The notes under the pieces are model-generated. The model saw only the letters and a program-made list of their open reading frames with translations, searched no databases and was not told the DNA's origin. A stretch of DNA of 64,000 nucleotides from Spirochaetia bacterium (lineage in GTDB: Bacteria > Spirochaetota > Spirochaetia > SZUA-6 > Bin103), in the NCBI GenBank assembly GCA_965203905.1, contig CBDBDQ010000005.1:4736001-4800000 (forward strand), in the 5' to 3' direction. Shown here piece after piece: positions 33,128 to 43,200 of this stretch. How positions within the stretch are numbered: the stretch's first letter is position 1; each line of letters opens with the position of its first letter. The position numbers and the translations under genes are program-made.

Positions 33128-33195
33128 GGCGAGCGGGCAGGGCTCGAACCTGCCGGCGGGGTCATTGACCCGTCTCTCCAGCAGAACCTCTCGCC
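33128..33195 (-). ncRNA. tRNA-like element A (68-nt atypical cloverleaf)
   Basis: GGCGAG/CTCGCC closing stem; TTCT-GCTGG-AGAG D-like arm; GGGTC-AAT-GACCC arm; GGCAGG-TTCGAGC-CCTGCC T-arm; no encoded CCA. Confidence 0.7.
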
Positions 33196-33222
33196 AAGGG
33201 AACGGGGGCGCGTCCTGGCCTG

Positions 33223-33528
33223 CTACCGGAACGCACGATCCCAGCGCCGTGCGGCGATGCGGGCGCGCTGTACGCGGCGCCAGCCCCAGCCATAGGTGCG
33301 GTGCCAGCGGCGGCACGCGAAGTAGCCGCAGCCGACGACGATCGGCGTGGTCGGTGCCGCGCCTCTGGCGACGCGATCCCGGAGGATCATGCGCCAGCCG
33401 TCGAACTCGCGGTGCCAGCGCAGCCGCGTCACATCCCAGGCCATCACCTGCAGCAGCGCAGCCGCGTAGGCAGCCGTGGCGGCCACCAGCAGCACCGGCG
33501 GCGCCGCCCAGGTCAGATCAATCAGCAC
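33223..33528 (-). CDS. Hypothetical membrane protein
   Basis: AGGAGG RBS, GTG start, N-terminal TM segment. Confidence 0.55.
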   Translation of the reverse strand: MLIDLTWAAPPVLLVAATAAYAAALLQVMAWDVTRLRWHREFDGWRMILRDRVARGAAPTTPIVVGCGYFACRRWHRTYGWGWRRVQRARIAARRWDRAFR

Positions 33529-33734
33529 GGGTGTCCTCCTGCCGGCCCGGGCGGCCCGGGAACGGGACACGCGGTAACGGGCGCCTGCCGTGCGCGCCCG
33601 TGGTAGGGTGGGGTGGGTCATGACCTATCGCCTTCTGGACGAGTAAGCAGCCGCACCAGGAAGCGGACGGCGACCCACACCAGGAGGGCGGCAGCCGCGA
33701 TGGCTGCCGCCCCCAGGAACAACTCCGCCACCGG

Positions 33735-34214
33735 CTACTTGGCGTCCAGCGGCGGCGCCTCCCAGCCTTCCGGGAGCTGCTGCGTCTCCGGTCCGCGCTC
33801 CCACACCACCGGCTGGCTGTCGGCGGCCGCGGCGGCGATGGCCGCGGCGAAGTGGGCGTCGAGGTCGACGTGCACCGGCAGCGGCACGGCATCCGAAGCC
33901 GCCAGATCCAGGCCCAGGTCCGCGAACGGCGCGCCCCAGGGATCCACGGACGGCAGCACCAGCTCGGCGGCGTAGCCGTAGCCGTAGAAGGGATCGAACG
34001 GCAAGGCGTCCGGCCCCACGATGTCGGCCTGCACGTCGGCGACGGTGACGAAAGCGACGTCGGCCGGTGCTGCGTACAGCGCGGCGAGCGGGTCCCCGTT
34101 CCCCGGCGCCGGCGCGGCGTCCGACGTGGCCGGCGCGATCTCGTTGCCGGTGCAACCCATGACGAGGATCGCCACCAGGGCGATCACGATGAACGGTACT
34201 CCAAGCTTCACCAT
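33735..34214 (-). CDS. Phage lipoprotein
   Basis: MVKLGVPFIVIALVAILVMGC lipobox; AAGGAG RBS. Confidence 0.7.
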   Translation of the reverse strand: MVKLGVPFIVIALVAILVMGCTGNEIAPATSDAAPAPGNGDPLAALYAAPADVAFVTVADVQADIVGPDALPFDPFYGYGYAAELVLPSVDPWGAPFADLGLDLAASDAVPLPVHVDLDAHFAAAIAAAAADSQPVVWERGPETQQLPEGWEAPPLDAK

Positions 34215-34241
34215 GGAGCTCCTTGGCCGCAGTAGCGGCTA

Positions 34242-34291
34242 CGGACGGCGGGGGGAGTCGAACCCCCCGCTCGGGACCAACCCGGCGTCCG
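34242..34291 (-). ncRNA. tRNA-like element B (50 nt)
   Basis: CGGACG/CGTCCG stem; CGGG-TTGGT-CCCG D-like hairpin; GCGGGGGG-TTCGACT-CCCCCCGC T-arm. Confidence 0.72.
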
Positions 34292-34390
34292 GACACAGGC
34301 AGGGCGCCCCCGGTGTGCCTGAGGGCGCCCTGCAGGCGCGTGTCGTGCGGTGTGTGTGGTAGGTGCCGGCTGCCGGCCGGCGCGGTCTCT

Positions 34391-35308
34391 CTAACTCGGC
34401 TCCGCTTCCAGGTAGGCCACCACGTCCGACCAGCGGCGGGTCACGACCGAAAGCTGCTCGCGCTCGTCGTTCTCGCGGTCGGTCATGGCCAGCCACGCAT
34501 CCTCGTCGCGGTACTCGGTCACGGCCTCCCCGATCGGGTCCTGAATCACGCGCGGGTCGAGCGCATCCAACTCCCACGACTCCGCGCCGTAGCGGGCGAA
34601 GTACATCTCGTAGCGCGAATCACTGAGCTTCGCCGGGTTCGGCGGTGGCTGAAAGGTCTCGATCTGGTCGAAGTTGAGGGCCAGCCCGGAGCACCGTCAC
34701 GTCCTCGCGGGCGAACAGGCCCAGCCGCACGTCGTTGTCGCGGGTCATGTCGATGCCGCTGGGATCGTGGTCGCCCAGGTGCAGCACCACCACGTCCTGG
34801 CCGGCCTCGCGGTACTCGGCGAAGCGCTTGCCGGCCGCCCACTGCTCTGACTGGCTGACGTAGCCGCGGCAGGCGAAGAAATCCTCGTCCAGCCGGCGGC
34901 AGATCCGCTCACCACGCCGATCAGCGCTTCCTTCTCGATCCAGACCTCGACCCGGCAGGGCTGATTCTCCCACTTGTCGATGCGGAAGCTGCGCGCCGCG
35001 GCCTCGATGATGGCGGCGGGATCGTCCCAGTGTGGGTTGCTCTCCAGGTTCCTGGTGCGGTCCTCGATGGCGTTCCAGTCGACCCGGCCGGCCATGCGCG
35101 CCTCGCTGATGATGTTGCCCAAGCGCTTGTAGGAGCGCTGGGTGTTGGCGATCAGGTCGCGGGCCACGAACTGGTAATAGAGCTGGCGCAGGGTCAGCTT
35201 GAAGCCCTGCGCCGCGTACTCACCGATGATGGTGTTCGCCTGCTCGATGATGGCCAGCGACGAGGCGGCGAACTTCTTGTCGATGAATGCCTCGAATGCC
35301 GCGGTCAC
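34391..35308 (-). pseudogene. Topoisomerase VI A-like wHTH-TOPRIM protein (DUF2399-like), two frameshifts
   Basis: LTLRQLYY, VEVWIEKEAL, CRGY, HLGDHDPSG, WELDALDP spread over three frames. Confidence 0.75.
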
Positions 35309-35718
35309 TCGTCGCCCTCCTGCTTCGGCGTGAAGGTGAAGCGGCAGACCTCGCCGAACGTGTGGCTCAGCTCGCACCTGCCTGTGAAAGAATTGCCGGC
35401 GTCCTCGGCGCGGCCGTAGGCTTCGAGTACTTCGCCGATCAGGCGCCGGTCGCGGTTCGAGTACTCGATACCCTGCTCGGCGGCGGCCTCGATCCCCTCG
35501 ACCAGGGCGTAGCTGTAGTCGGCCTTGGTCTGGATCGTAACCGGGCAGTCGTAGGGAAGCTGGTCGGCCATCGCCAGCTTGCCGCGGCGCGCCGCCTCGG
35601 CTTCCATGCCGTCGGCGTAGCGCCACGCCAGCTCGATCTCGCCGGCTATGTCGAAGTTGGTGCGGGCGGCGATGATCCCCTGCAGGGCAGCCGCGGCGAA
35701 CGTCTCATGTCTTTCCAA
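35305..35718 (-). CDS. Hypothetical phage protein
   Basis: AGGAGA RBS, TTG start; FAAAALQG...AWRYADGM resembles a common phage early-protein motif. Confidence 0.55.
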   Translation of the reverse strand: MERHETFAAAALQGIIAARTNFDIAGEIELAWRYADGMEAEAARRGKLAMADQLPYDCPVTIQTKADYSYALVEGIEAAAEQGIEYSNRDRRLIGEVLEAYGRAEDAGNSFTGRCELSHTFGEVCRFTFTPKQEGDE

Positions 35719-35753
35719 AGTGTCTCTCCTGGTGGTGGTAGGTAGGTTCGGTC

Positions 35754-36737
35754 TCAGCCCCGCCGCAGATCGCGCAGCCGAAACACGCCGTCGGCGTTGA
35801 TGCGCCCCCGGTCCGCTGCCTCGGCGTAGTGCAACTCGCCATCGCTGGCCAGCACCTGCAGCGGGTAGCCGGGGGGCGATGTCAGGGGCGCGAAGCGCCG
35901 GGTTGCGCTGCGCATAGCGCGACGGGTAGCTGGCGGTCTCCAGGTCGGCGGCGTGGTAGACCAGGCGGAAGATGGCGACCTTGCCATCCTTGGTGCGCCA
36001 CAGGTCCTCAGGCGCGCTCATGGGCAGCCCCGCAGCGCCAGCGCGGCGCGGTAGCCGTCCAGGTACGCATGGGTCTCAGCCGCGGTGCCCTGGTAGAGCC
36101 ACTGGCCGCCTCGGGAAACGGTGTAGCCGGCGATCCCGGCGCCGGCGCCGTGCGGTTCGGTCTCGTCCCGGAGCCGGAGCTTGGCGGCCTTGTCGGCCAG
36201 GGTCCTGGTGCCGCCGGTCATTCTCGATGCTCCTCTTCCAGCAGCGCGGCGCGCGCGAGGCGGCGCGACTCGCGCAGCCGTTCCGCGCGCTCTGCGTGGG
36301 CGACCTTGAGCGCGTAGCCGATGTCGCTGAAGGCGAGCTCTGCGCACTGCAAGCACATCGGGCCGTACAGCCAGCCGTTGACCAGCTCGGCCGTGGCGAG
36401 GTTGCAGCGTACGCAGCGGGTCGTGTTCGCGGCGATCGCCCGGGCGTAGGCCTCGACGACCTCGAAGGCGCAGTCGCGCACCCGGTCGTTGCCGGCAAGC
36501 TCGTCGTGCAGCGCGCTGCGCAGGTCTCGGATGGTGCTCGCCAGATCAGTCATCCGACAGCCCCCACACGTCCCGCTGCCACTGCTCGGTGGGCATGTTG
36601 GCCATGGGCGCGGTCTCGACCATGGCGCGCTCGCGGGCGGCGCGCAGCGCGTTCGCATCGGTCAGCAGCTCGCGCTCGACCCGCTTGTTCTCGCGGCGCT
36701 CCTGGCGCCACCGTTGCGATCCTCTCGGGTTTGGCAT
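35754..36737 (-). CDS. Four small coupled phage ORFs (36737-36546, 36553-36218, 36221-36018, 36021-35754 with a frameshift)
   Basis: Overlapping start/stop codons and GC3-rich codon use. Confidence 0.55.
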
Positions 36738-36800
36738 AGGTTGTCTCCTCCGATCTTTCTGCGGCGGTCCTGGGAACCTTTGGAACGTGTCGCAGGAAGT

Positions 36801-36830
36801 AGGGCGGGCACCCCGAAGGGCACCCGCCTT
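36801..36830 (-). terminator. GC-rich UUCG hairpin after ssb
   Basis: AGGCGGGTGCCC-TTCG-GGGTGCCCGCCCT, weak U-tract. Confidence 0.45.
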
Positions 36831-36838
36831 TGTGGGAT

Positions 36839-37240
36839 CTAGCTGGCAGCGGCTGCCGGCTCCGCGCCGACGGAGTGGACCCCGGCGGCTTCGCGGGGCC
36901 GGTGCCGCACCGGCTGGAACTCCACCTGCTCGGCGACGATCACGACCTTGGCGCGCGCGTTGCCCTCGGTGTCCTCCCAGCGCTCTTGCTTCAGGCGCCC
37001 GACCACGCGGATGCCGCGCCCCTTGGCGAGGTGCTCGTGGCACACTTCGGCGAGCTTGCCCCAGGTCGTGGTCTCGATGAACGAGACTTCCTCGGTGCGC
37101 TCGCCCTGGCGTTCCGGGTCCCTGTAGGAACGGTTCGACGCCAGCACCAGCGTGCAGGTCGGCGTGCCCTTCGGCGTGTAGCGGAGCTCGGGATCTCGGG
37201 CGAGATTGCCCTCCAAGAGGACCGAATTGAGGTTGTTCAC
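36839..37240 (-). CDS. ssb: Single-stranded DNA-binding protein
   Basis: NNLNSVLLEGNLARDPELRYTPKG, WGKLAE, GRLKQERWE; no acidic C-terminal tail. Confidence 0.92.
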   Translation of the reverse strand: MNNLNSVLLEGNLARDPELRYTPKGTPTCTLVLASNRSYRDPERQGERTEEVSFIETTTWGKLAEVCHEHLAKGRGIRVVGRLKQERWEDTEGNARAKVVIVAEQVEFQPVRHRPREAAGVHSVGAEPAAAAS

Positions 37241-37328
37241 GTACAACCCTCCTGTGGCCATGGCTCATTCAGGCACCGGGCGGCCAATCCCGGCACGATA
37301 CGGGCCAGCTACGGCCCGTATTTCGCCA

Positions 37329-37604
37329 CTATTCGGCGATGGCTACCGTGACCCAGCCGCGCGCCGTATCGAGCGCAGCAGGCACGGTGCGGTGAGATTC
37401 GGTGCGGCAGTCGCCGCCGTCGCTGCGCAGCAGCATCACGGTGTACGGCCGGCGGTGCCGGCCCATCAGCAGTAGGTCGCTGCGCCACACCACGGCGCGC
37501 CGGTTGCCCTGGCGGTACACCAGGACCCGGCGCGGCGCGCGGGTGAAGCGCGCGGGTTCGCGGGAGAATTGCAGGCTCATGCCGTTGCGGATGGCGACCC
37601 GCAT
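37329..37604 (-). CDS. Hypothetical phage protein
   Basis: ORF coupled to its neighbours. Confidence 0.45.
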   Translation of the reverse strand: MRVAIRNGMSLQFSREPARFTRAPRRVLVYRQGNRRAVVWRSDLLLMGRHRRPYTVMLLRSDGGDCRTESHRTVPAALDTARGWVTVAIAE

Positions 37605-38021
37605 TCAGGCTGCCTCCGGCTGCCGCAGCAGCGCGCCGGCGCGGCGCAGCCGCTCGGTCACGGTCGTAGGCCCGATCTCCGCGTGGTCGTTCCAGGACGC
37701 GATCGCGTTCATCGGCAGCGTGCCCGGGTCGAAGTAATCCGGATGCGTCTCCAGGATTGCGTCGACCATCGCGCGTTGCGCGGTCTCGGTGATGGTTCCC
37801 AGCAGTTGCGGCGGCGCGCTGCGCCGCGCGGCGACGTGGATCGCCCCGGATGCGCACCAGCACACGGCGTCGTCACTGGTCGGTGCGCAGGGCACGTTGT
37901 CGGCGCCGCGCGCCGTGGAGAAGCGGCACCACCCGGTCTCGATGTACCGGGCGGCGCCGTCCAGGACCTCCGCTGCCGCTTCGCGGATTGTCTGAGGCTG
38001 CGGTTGCGCTACCATCACCAT
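37605..38021 (-). CDS. DUF6197-like phage protein
   Basis: GWCR...CWCASGAI...WNDH pattern; paralog of 40103-40594. Confidence 0.6.
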   Translation of the reverse strand: MVMVAQPQPQTIREAAAEVLDGAARYIETGWCRFSTARGADNVPCAPTSDDAVCWCASGAIHVAARRSAPPQLLGTITETAQRAMVDAILETHPDYFDPGTLPMNAIASWNDHAEIGPTTVTERLRRAGALLRQPEAA

Positions 38022-38760
38022 CAAGCAGCCCTCCGCGCCACGTAGGCGCCGAGCGGGTAGTCGGTGACCGCTGGGCGCCCCTGGCGCAGCCGGATCAGCT
38101 CGCGAAGGTGCCGGCGGATGTCGGCCTCGGTGTGGAACCGGGCCATGACCCATTCCGCTGCCGCGGCCTCCCAGGCGGCGCCGCCGGTGCGCTTGGCGCG
38201 CAGCCGCGCCTGCGCCTCGCAGCGCCGGAAGTACACCACGGTCTCGCGGTCCGCCTTCAGGGTGCGCTCGATCATGGTGACCAAGCTCGGCAGGGTGCCG
38301 TAGGCGGCCACGCCACGGGCGCAGCCGCGCTCGACCCGGCTGCCGTCGCGCATGGTCCAGACGGTGCTGTAGGTGCGGTCCTCGACCGTGACGGCCGCAG
38401 CGCGCAGCCGCGCCATGCGCTGCGCATCATCCAGGTCCTGCCTGATGAATCGCTGTGCCGCGGTCACGACAGCGACTCCGCTGCGTCGGCGTCGCCGCCG
38501 AGCGACCATATCGCGCTCGACAGGTTCTCGACGTCCTGATTGCGGTCCTCCAGGATCGACCGTGCCGCGCGCAGGATGTCCACGTCGCTCAGGCGCGTGT
38601 CGCCGCCGGCCTCGTAGCCGTCCAGGAACGGGCGCACCCCGGCAACCTCGCCGTGGTAGATGCGCTCATCGCCCCGGTACACGGCGCGCGCCGCGATCCC
38701 GTTCGGGTACGGCTCGGTCTCGACCCTCAGCCCAAGGCGGGCTGCCACGTCGTCACTCAT
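38021..38760 (-). CDS. Two coupled hypothetical phage ORFs (38760-38464, 38467-38021)
   Basis: GGAGG RBS, GTGA overlap; the first is paralogous to 36221-36018. Confidence 0.6.
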
Positions 38761-38810
38761 CGATATCCCTCCAGATCGCTCCGGCGCCCTGTAGCGCCTG
38801 CGAGCTATCG

Positions 38811-38855
38811 GCCGGCGGGGTGGTGTTGAACCACGCTCACGCTTGTCCCGCCGGC
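38811..38855 (-). ncRNA. tRNA-like element C (45-nt minihelix)
   Basis: GCCGGCGGG/CCCGCCGGC 9-bp stem stacked on GTGG-TTCAACA-CCAC T-arm; short GC-GTGA-GC linker hairpin. Confidence 0.68.
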
Positions 38856-38859
38856 GTTC

Positions 38860-39333
38860 TCATGCAAACCCTCCCAGCTTGCGCTCGGCCATGCTCACGA
38901 ATCCACGTCGCGCCACGATCACGTGGTCGTAGACGTCGATCTCCAGGGATTCGGCGCCGCCCAACAGCTTGCGGTTGATCCGCAGGTCGGCAGGGGAAGG
39001 CGCCGGGTCTCCGCTCGGGTGGTTGTGGACGACGATCATGTGCGGCGCCCCGGCAACCACTGCCGGGCGCAGGATCTCGGCGATACGGGTTGAGGCGGCG
39101 TTGACGGTGCCCTGGTAGACGGTCACTGCCTCGATCAGCTCTGACTTGTTGGTCAGCAGCAGCACCCGGAGTTGCTCTTGCAGCAGCCCCGTCATGTCTG
39201 CGCAGAACGCGGCGACACTCTCAGGGGTCATCAACACCGTGTCGCTGTTCTCCGCTCCCTTGGCCACGCCGTAGCGCAACGCGATCTCCCGCAGCAGCGC
39301 TTGGTTGTCCCTGAGAACTCCCAGCAGCTCCAT
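38860..39333 (-). CDS. RadC/JAB-domain protein
   Basis: QEQLRVLLL, GTVN, HNHPSGDPAPSPAD, DHVIV. Confidence 0.9.
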   Translation of the reverse strand: MELLGVLRDNQALLREIALRYGVAKGAENSDTVLMTPESVAAFCADMTGLLQEQLRVLLLTNKSELIEAVTVYQGTVNAASTRIAEILRPAVVAGAPHMIVVHNHPSGDPAPSPADLRINRKLLGGAESLEIDVYDHVIVARRGFVSMAERKLGGFA

Positions 39334-40103
39334 CAGTCCAGCTTCTCGCTTGGCAGCCGGATCTCGCTGCTCATGCACTCGCGCATTCCCATGACTCCGC
39401 CGTCCGCCATGTAGACTTGATCGCCCTCGATCCGGGTGACGGTGCGCCACTGGTGACCGTTCATCGTGTCCAGCACGCGGTCACCAACCGCCACCACCAC
39501 CTCACGCTCGTCAACGACCTCGGGCGGCGCGTCGCGCTCATCGCGCTCCGGGCTCGCCTCGCTCGCGTTCCACTCGCCGCTGCGCGTCCAGGTATCGGCG
39601 GCGCGCTCCGCATCGGTGTAGTGGGAGAACTGCTTGGTATGGCGATGCTCTGGCAGCGTGTTGCGGTCCAGTACGTAGGCTTCCACGGTGTAGGTCCGCG
39701 CGACCATCGCCGGCGACAGGCGCCGCTCGTTGGTCGCGAGCGTAGCGTTGCGCCCGGTCTCCCATGAGTCCGACACCCACCGGACGCGCGGCGCAGTAAG
39801 GTCGCTCATCACGTGGCCCGGCACGAACGTCTCGTCGGCAGTGTCGCCGCAGTACAGCTCGATCATGTTGGCGATCTGCTTCACCACGCCGTGGCACTCA
39901 TGCTCGGCTGCGATCGCCTGCGCCGCCTGTAGGACGTGCAGGTCCTTGATTCGCGGGTCCAACACCAGATCCTCGATGCGCTCCGGGAGCGCTGCGTTGA
40001 GCGCATCCCGGAGTCCCTCTGCCTCGCGCCGAGCCACCAGGATCGACACGTTCGGTACGTTCAGGTTCACCCGCCCGTTGCCGTGTACCGTTGCCGTTGC
40101 CAT
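39333..40103 (-). CDS. Hypothetical phage protein
   Basis: 256-aa ORF with GGAGG RBS, TGATG-coupled on both sides. Confidence 0.7.
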   Translation of the reverse strand: MATATVHGNGRVNLNVPNVSILVARREAEGLRDALNAALPERIEDLVLDPRIKDLHVLQAAQAIAAEHECHGVVKQIANMIELYCGDTADETFVPGHVMSDLTAPRVRWVSDSWETGRNATLATNERRLSPAMVARTYTVEAYVLDRNTLPEHRHTKQFSHYTDAERAADTWTRSGEWNASEASPERDERDAPPEVVDEREVVVAVGDRVLDTMNGHQWRTVTRIEGDQVYMADGGVMGMRECMSSEIRLPSEKLD

Positions 40104-40594
40104 CAGCGCCCCTCCTTCAGTCCGCGCTTCACCTCCGCGATGCGCTGCCGGATGTGGCGCGCTCCCTGGCGCAGCTTCCGCGCCGCCTGGCGCCCGTTCA
40201 CGGCCGTGTTGTCGTTCCAGTGACTCACGATGCGGGGCAGGTTGCTCATGGGGTCAGGCACCTGCCCCAGGATCACGTGTGCCGCGGCCCCGATCGCTCG
40301 CGCCCGTACCCGCGATGCGTCGGCCGTGCCGTCGGTCACCTCAGGCTCGCCGTCCTCGTCGATGTCCAGCTTGGTGTGCCCAAGGTCCAGCAGCGCGCGC
40401 TGGATGCCGCCACGCATGCAGAACCGCATCGCATCGGGCGACCAATAGTCGACCGCGCGGTTGCCCATCTGCGCCTCGACGCCGTGTGTCCACCCGCGCT
40501 CAACGCGGAAGGCGGCGCGTTCGAGAACCTGCGCCGCCTCCGTATCCCTGAGGATGCTGTCTTTGATCCCGTCGATGGTCTCTGCGCTCAGCAT
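40103..40594 (-). CDS. DUF6197-like phage protein
   Basis: GWT...FCMRGGI...HWND pattern. Confidence 0.6.
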   Translation of the reverse strand: MLSAETIDGIKDSILRDTEAAQVLERAAFRVERGWTHGVEAQMGNRAVDYWSPDAMRFCMRGGIQRALLDLGHTKLDIDEDGEPEVTDGTADASRVRARAIGAAAHVILGQVPDPMSNLPRIVSHWNDNTAVNGRQAARKLRQGARHIRQRIAEVKRGLKEGR

Positions 40595-41916
40595 CAGCAG
40601 TACCCCTCATGCGGTTCCCGCGAGTGCACGCACCCCGTCTCCTGGCACACCGGGCATTCCCAATCCTCTGGCGTTACGCCTGCGGCGCAGGTCGGGCACT
40701 GCGGGTCGTCCTCGGTGTGGTCGTAGTGGTAGGTGCACACCGGGAAGCCGAAGCGCTCGCCCGTCGCATCGCACCCACACAGGGTGCAGCGGCGCGGCTT
40801 CTCTTCCTCGCCGGTGTCGGTGTCGGTCGCCGTCACGGGTGGCGCGCTGCCGTAGCAGGCCGTTCCCATCACTGCGATGCGATGCACGCGGCTACCGTCC
40901 GCGAGCCGCCATGTCTGTTGACCGTCGACCGTGCCGAGCCGCTCCCCGTTCGCGTTCAACCACGCGATCCGCTGCTTGTCGTCAAGGTCCGTCCTGTTGA
41001 AGGTCTGCGCCGCCGTCACGCTGCCACCCCCAGGTCGACGTGGAAGCAGAACGGCTCGACGTGCTCAGCGCTGTCGTAGGCGACGATGAAGCGCTGCGCC
41101 ACGGGCGGCAGCATCGCGTACCGCGTCGTGCCCTTGGCGTCCTCATAGGTCAGCATGTCGTGGGTCACGCGCGGCGCGTACAGCCCAGCGTCCCGCGCTG
41201 CAAGGGCGATGGGGCAACGGCAAGCCGTCACCCCATGTCTGTACCTGTTGGCGTCGTCGATGTGCTCCTGCCGTACTTCGATGGTCAGCATGCCGGCAGC
41301 CCCGCAGCCTCACGGCCTTCCGGGAACCATCGCACCCGGCGCCCCTTGCCACGGGCGAGCATCGTGCCTGCGGTGTTGGACCGACAGGCCGGCAGGAACA
41401 CCGCCCACTCGCCCACCTGCACGCGGTCCGTGCCGGGTACACGTGCCGTTGCCATGCGCTGCGCGGCAGCCACGGCGTAGTCAAGCGCGCCGTAGACGGG
41501 GAGGTTGCGCCCCCCGCCTACGATCACGTGGTCGCCGATCCTCATGAAGCCGTCGCCCGTACCGCGCGCTCGACCAACCTGATGTCGCCGTCCGCCGTCA
41601 TCTCAGGCACGGTCTCCGTCACCACGAACAGGCCAAGCTCCTGAAGCTCCAACCCCGCCTGCACCCATGCGTCCGCGTCCCGCGCCGCACTCTCATCGTC
41701 CGATGCCTCGCTCAGCGCCGGCAGTTCCTCCGCCATCGCCGCGCCCCATCCGCGCGTCTCCACGATCTGCAGGGCTGCCCCTGCCTCGATGGGAGCGCTG
41801 TCGTCGTCTCCGCGCAGGCACCACGAATCGAGTGCGCGCGTTGCCGTCACCACGTTGCCGGCCTCGATGCGCCCGTCCACGTCGCCGGGCTGCACCCATA
41901 CCGTCCGTCCGTCCAT
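40594..41916 (-). CDS. Four coupled early ORFs (41916-41542, 41545-41285, 41291-41016, 41019-40594 zinc-ribbon)
   Basis: GGAGGT RBS for the first; overlapping start/stops; the last has several CxxC pairs. Confidence 0.65.
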
Positions 41917-41949
41917 CGTTACCTCCTGTCCCCTTCTGCGGGGAGGAAT

Positions 41950-42004
41950 GCGGCGCGCCGTGGGGTTGAACCACGTCGCTACTGCGAGCACCGGCGCGCG
42001 CCGC
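41950..42004 (-). ncRNA. tRNA-like element D (55 nt) in the operon leader
   Basis: GCGGCGCGC/GCGCGCCGC 9-bp stem; GCCGGTGC D-like segment; TCGC-AGTA-GCGA hairpin; CGTGG-TTCAACC-CCACG T-arm. Confidence 0.72.
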
Positions 42005-42196
42005 TGTCGGTCGATCTGTCTGCACCCCGTCACCCCTTCCGGTGTCGCGCTCTATCGGTCGGCACGTGGTGCGCCGCTCGCCGTCCGAAGTCGCATCGCG
42101 CGGATCGAAGTGAGGTCACGTCCCCGCCGTGCTCGGTTGGTGGTGGCGCGCGCTGCCGTTGCGCGCCTGCTGATTAGCCCTCCTGCGGAGACCCAT

Positions 42197-42258
42197 ACTA
42201 TGATCCCCACAATGCACATTGTCATAACTAAATTAAGGGTACTCAGGGACAAGATCAA
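42197..42258 (-). promoter_or_regulatory. Tandem sigma70-like promoters with an overlapping palindromic operator
   Basis: TTGATC-N17-TAATTT and ATGACA-N17-CATAGT in an AT-rich patch; ACAATG-CA-CATTGT at 42209-42222. Confidence 0.6.
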
Positions 42259-43200
42259 CTCCTTCAGGTGATTTTTTGAACAATCGGTCCAATTTCTGCG
42301 ATACGGGGCCGAGAACAGCGTTCACGCGGTCCATTCGCCCTGAATCGGCCTCGCGGTCCGCCTCGACGCGCGCCCCGCGGCGTCAGGATCTCGCGCTGCG
42401 CGCTGTGCTGTTGGTTGTACTACTGCTCCTGTGTAGGCCGGCGACGGCACGGCGCGGGTCACGGTCGGTCGTGCACCGGCACGCCGCCAGCAAGGCGCAG
42501 ATCGCCGGCGACGGCGGCGCTTCCGCTCGCGGCGCGGCTTGACGTGTATGCGTCAACCGACCCTCGATGCTCCCGGTGCCGGTGCCGGTGCCGGGGGCGC
42601 GGCACTCCCCTGCCGGAAAGCGAGTGCGCGCTCGGTAGCACGGTACCCGTGGTTGCTCGACCATGACCCTTCGCCGGCGCACGGTGCGGCGCGCCCCGCT
42701 CCCCTCACCCGCCTGTCGGCCAGTGCCGGCGGCGCTTCACTCCCGCCGGCAGCCCGGCGCGCCCTCGATGTCGTCCTCAGCGCCGCCTGGGTCACTGAAA
42801 ACCTGCGCCGCGACCCGCCAGTCGGCCGTGCAGCCGGCCTCCGACAACCCGGCAGCCGCTCGCCGACGCACTGCGGCAGCTCCCGGCAGGCCAACGTCGA
42901 CCGCCGGATCGGGTCTCGAACCGGCTCTGAACCGCCGGGATCGCCTCCTGAACCGGCCTCGACACGCCGTCGGCGCCCGTTACCGGGTCTCGACGGGCCA
43001 TCCGCAGCCCGATCGGCCGTGCTCAGGGCGACCAACGCCGTGCAGGCGCCCTTACGGCACGCTGTTCAGCGCTCCCGAGCGCCTTCACCGGCGCCCGATC
43101 CGGCCCGCGACCCTGTGTTTTGCGTGTGTGTGGAGGAAATCCGCATATCCAGCAGGGACCCCCGGCCCCCCACCCCGGCCCCCCTGTGAGTTCCCGCCCA

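Noticed and set aside
34391-36021. Programmed frameshifting in the TOPRIM and neighbouring genes
   Set aside because: No slippery sequences; scattered single-base indels occur throughout the accessory region and fit decay or assembly error
33128-42004. Calling elements A-D functional tRNA genes or att sites
   Set aside because: Too short, no canonical anticodon loop or CCA, mutually dissimilar, and internal to an operon rather than at element edges
42905-42960. GGTTCGAGA as another T-loop element
   Set aside because: Only two flanking base pairs form, and there is no closing stem
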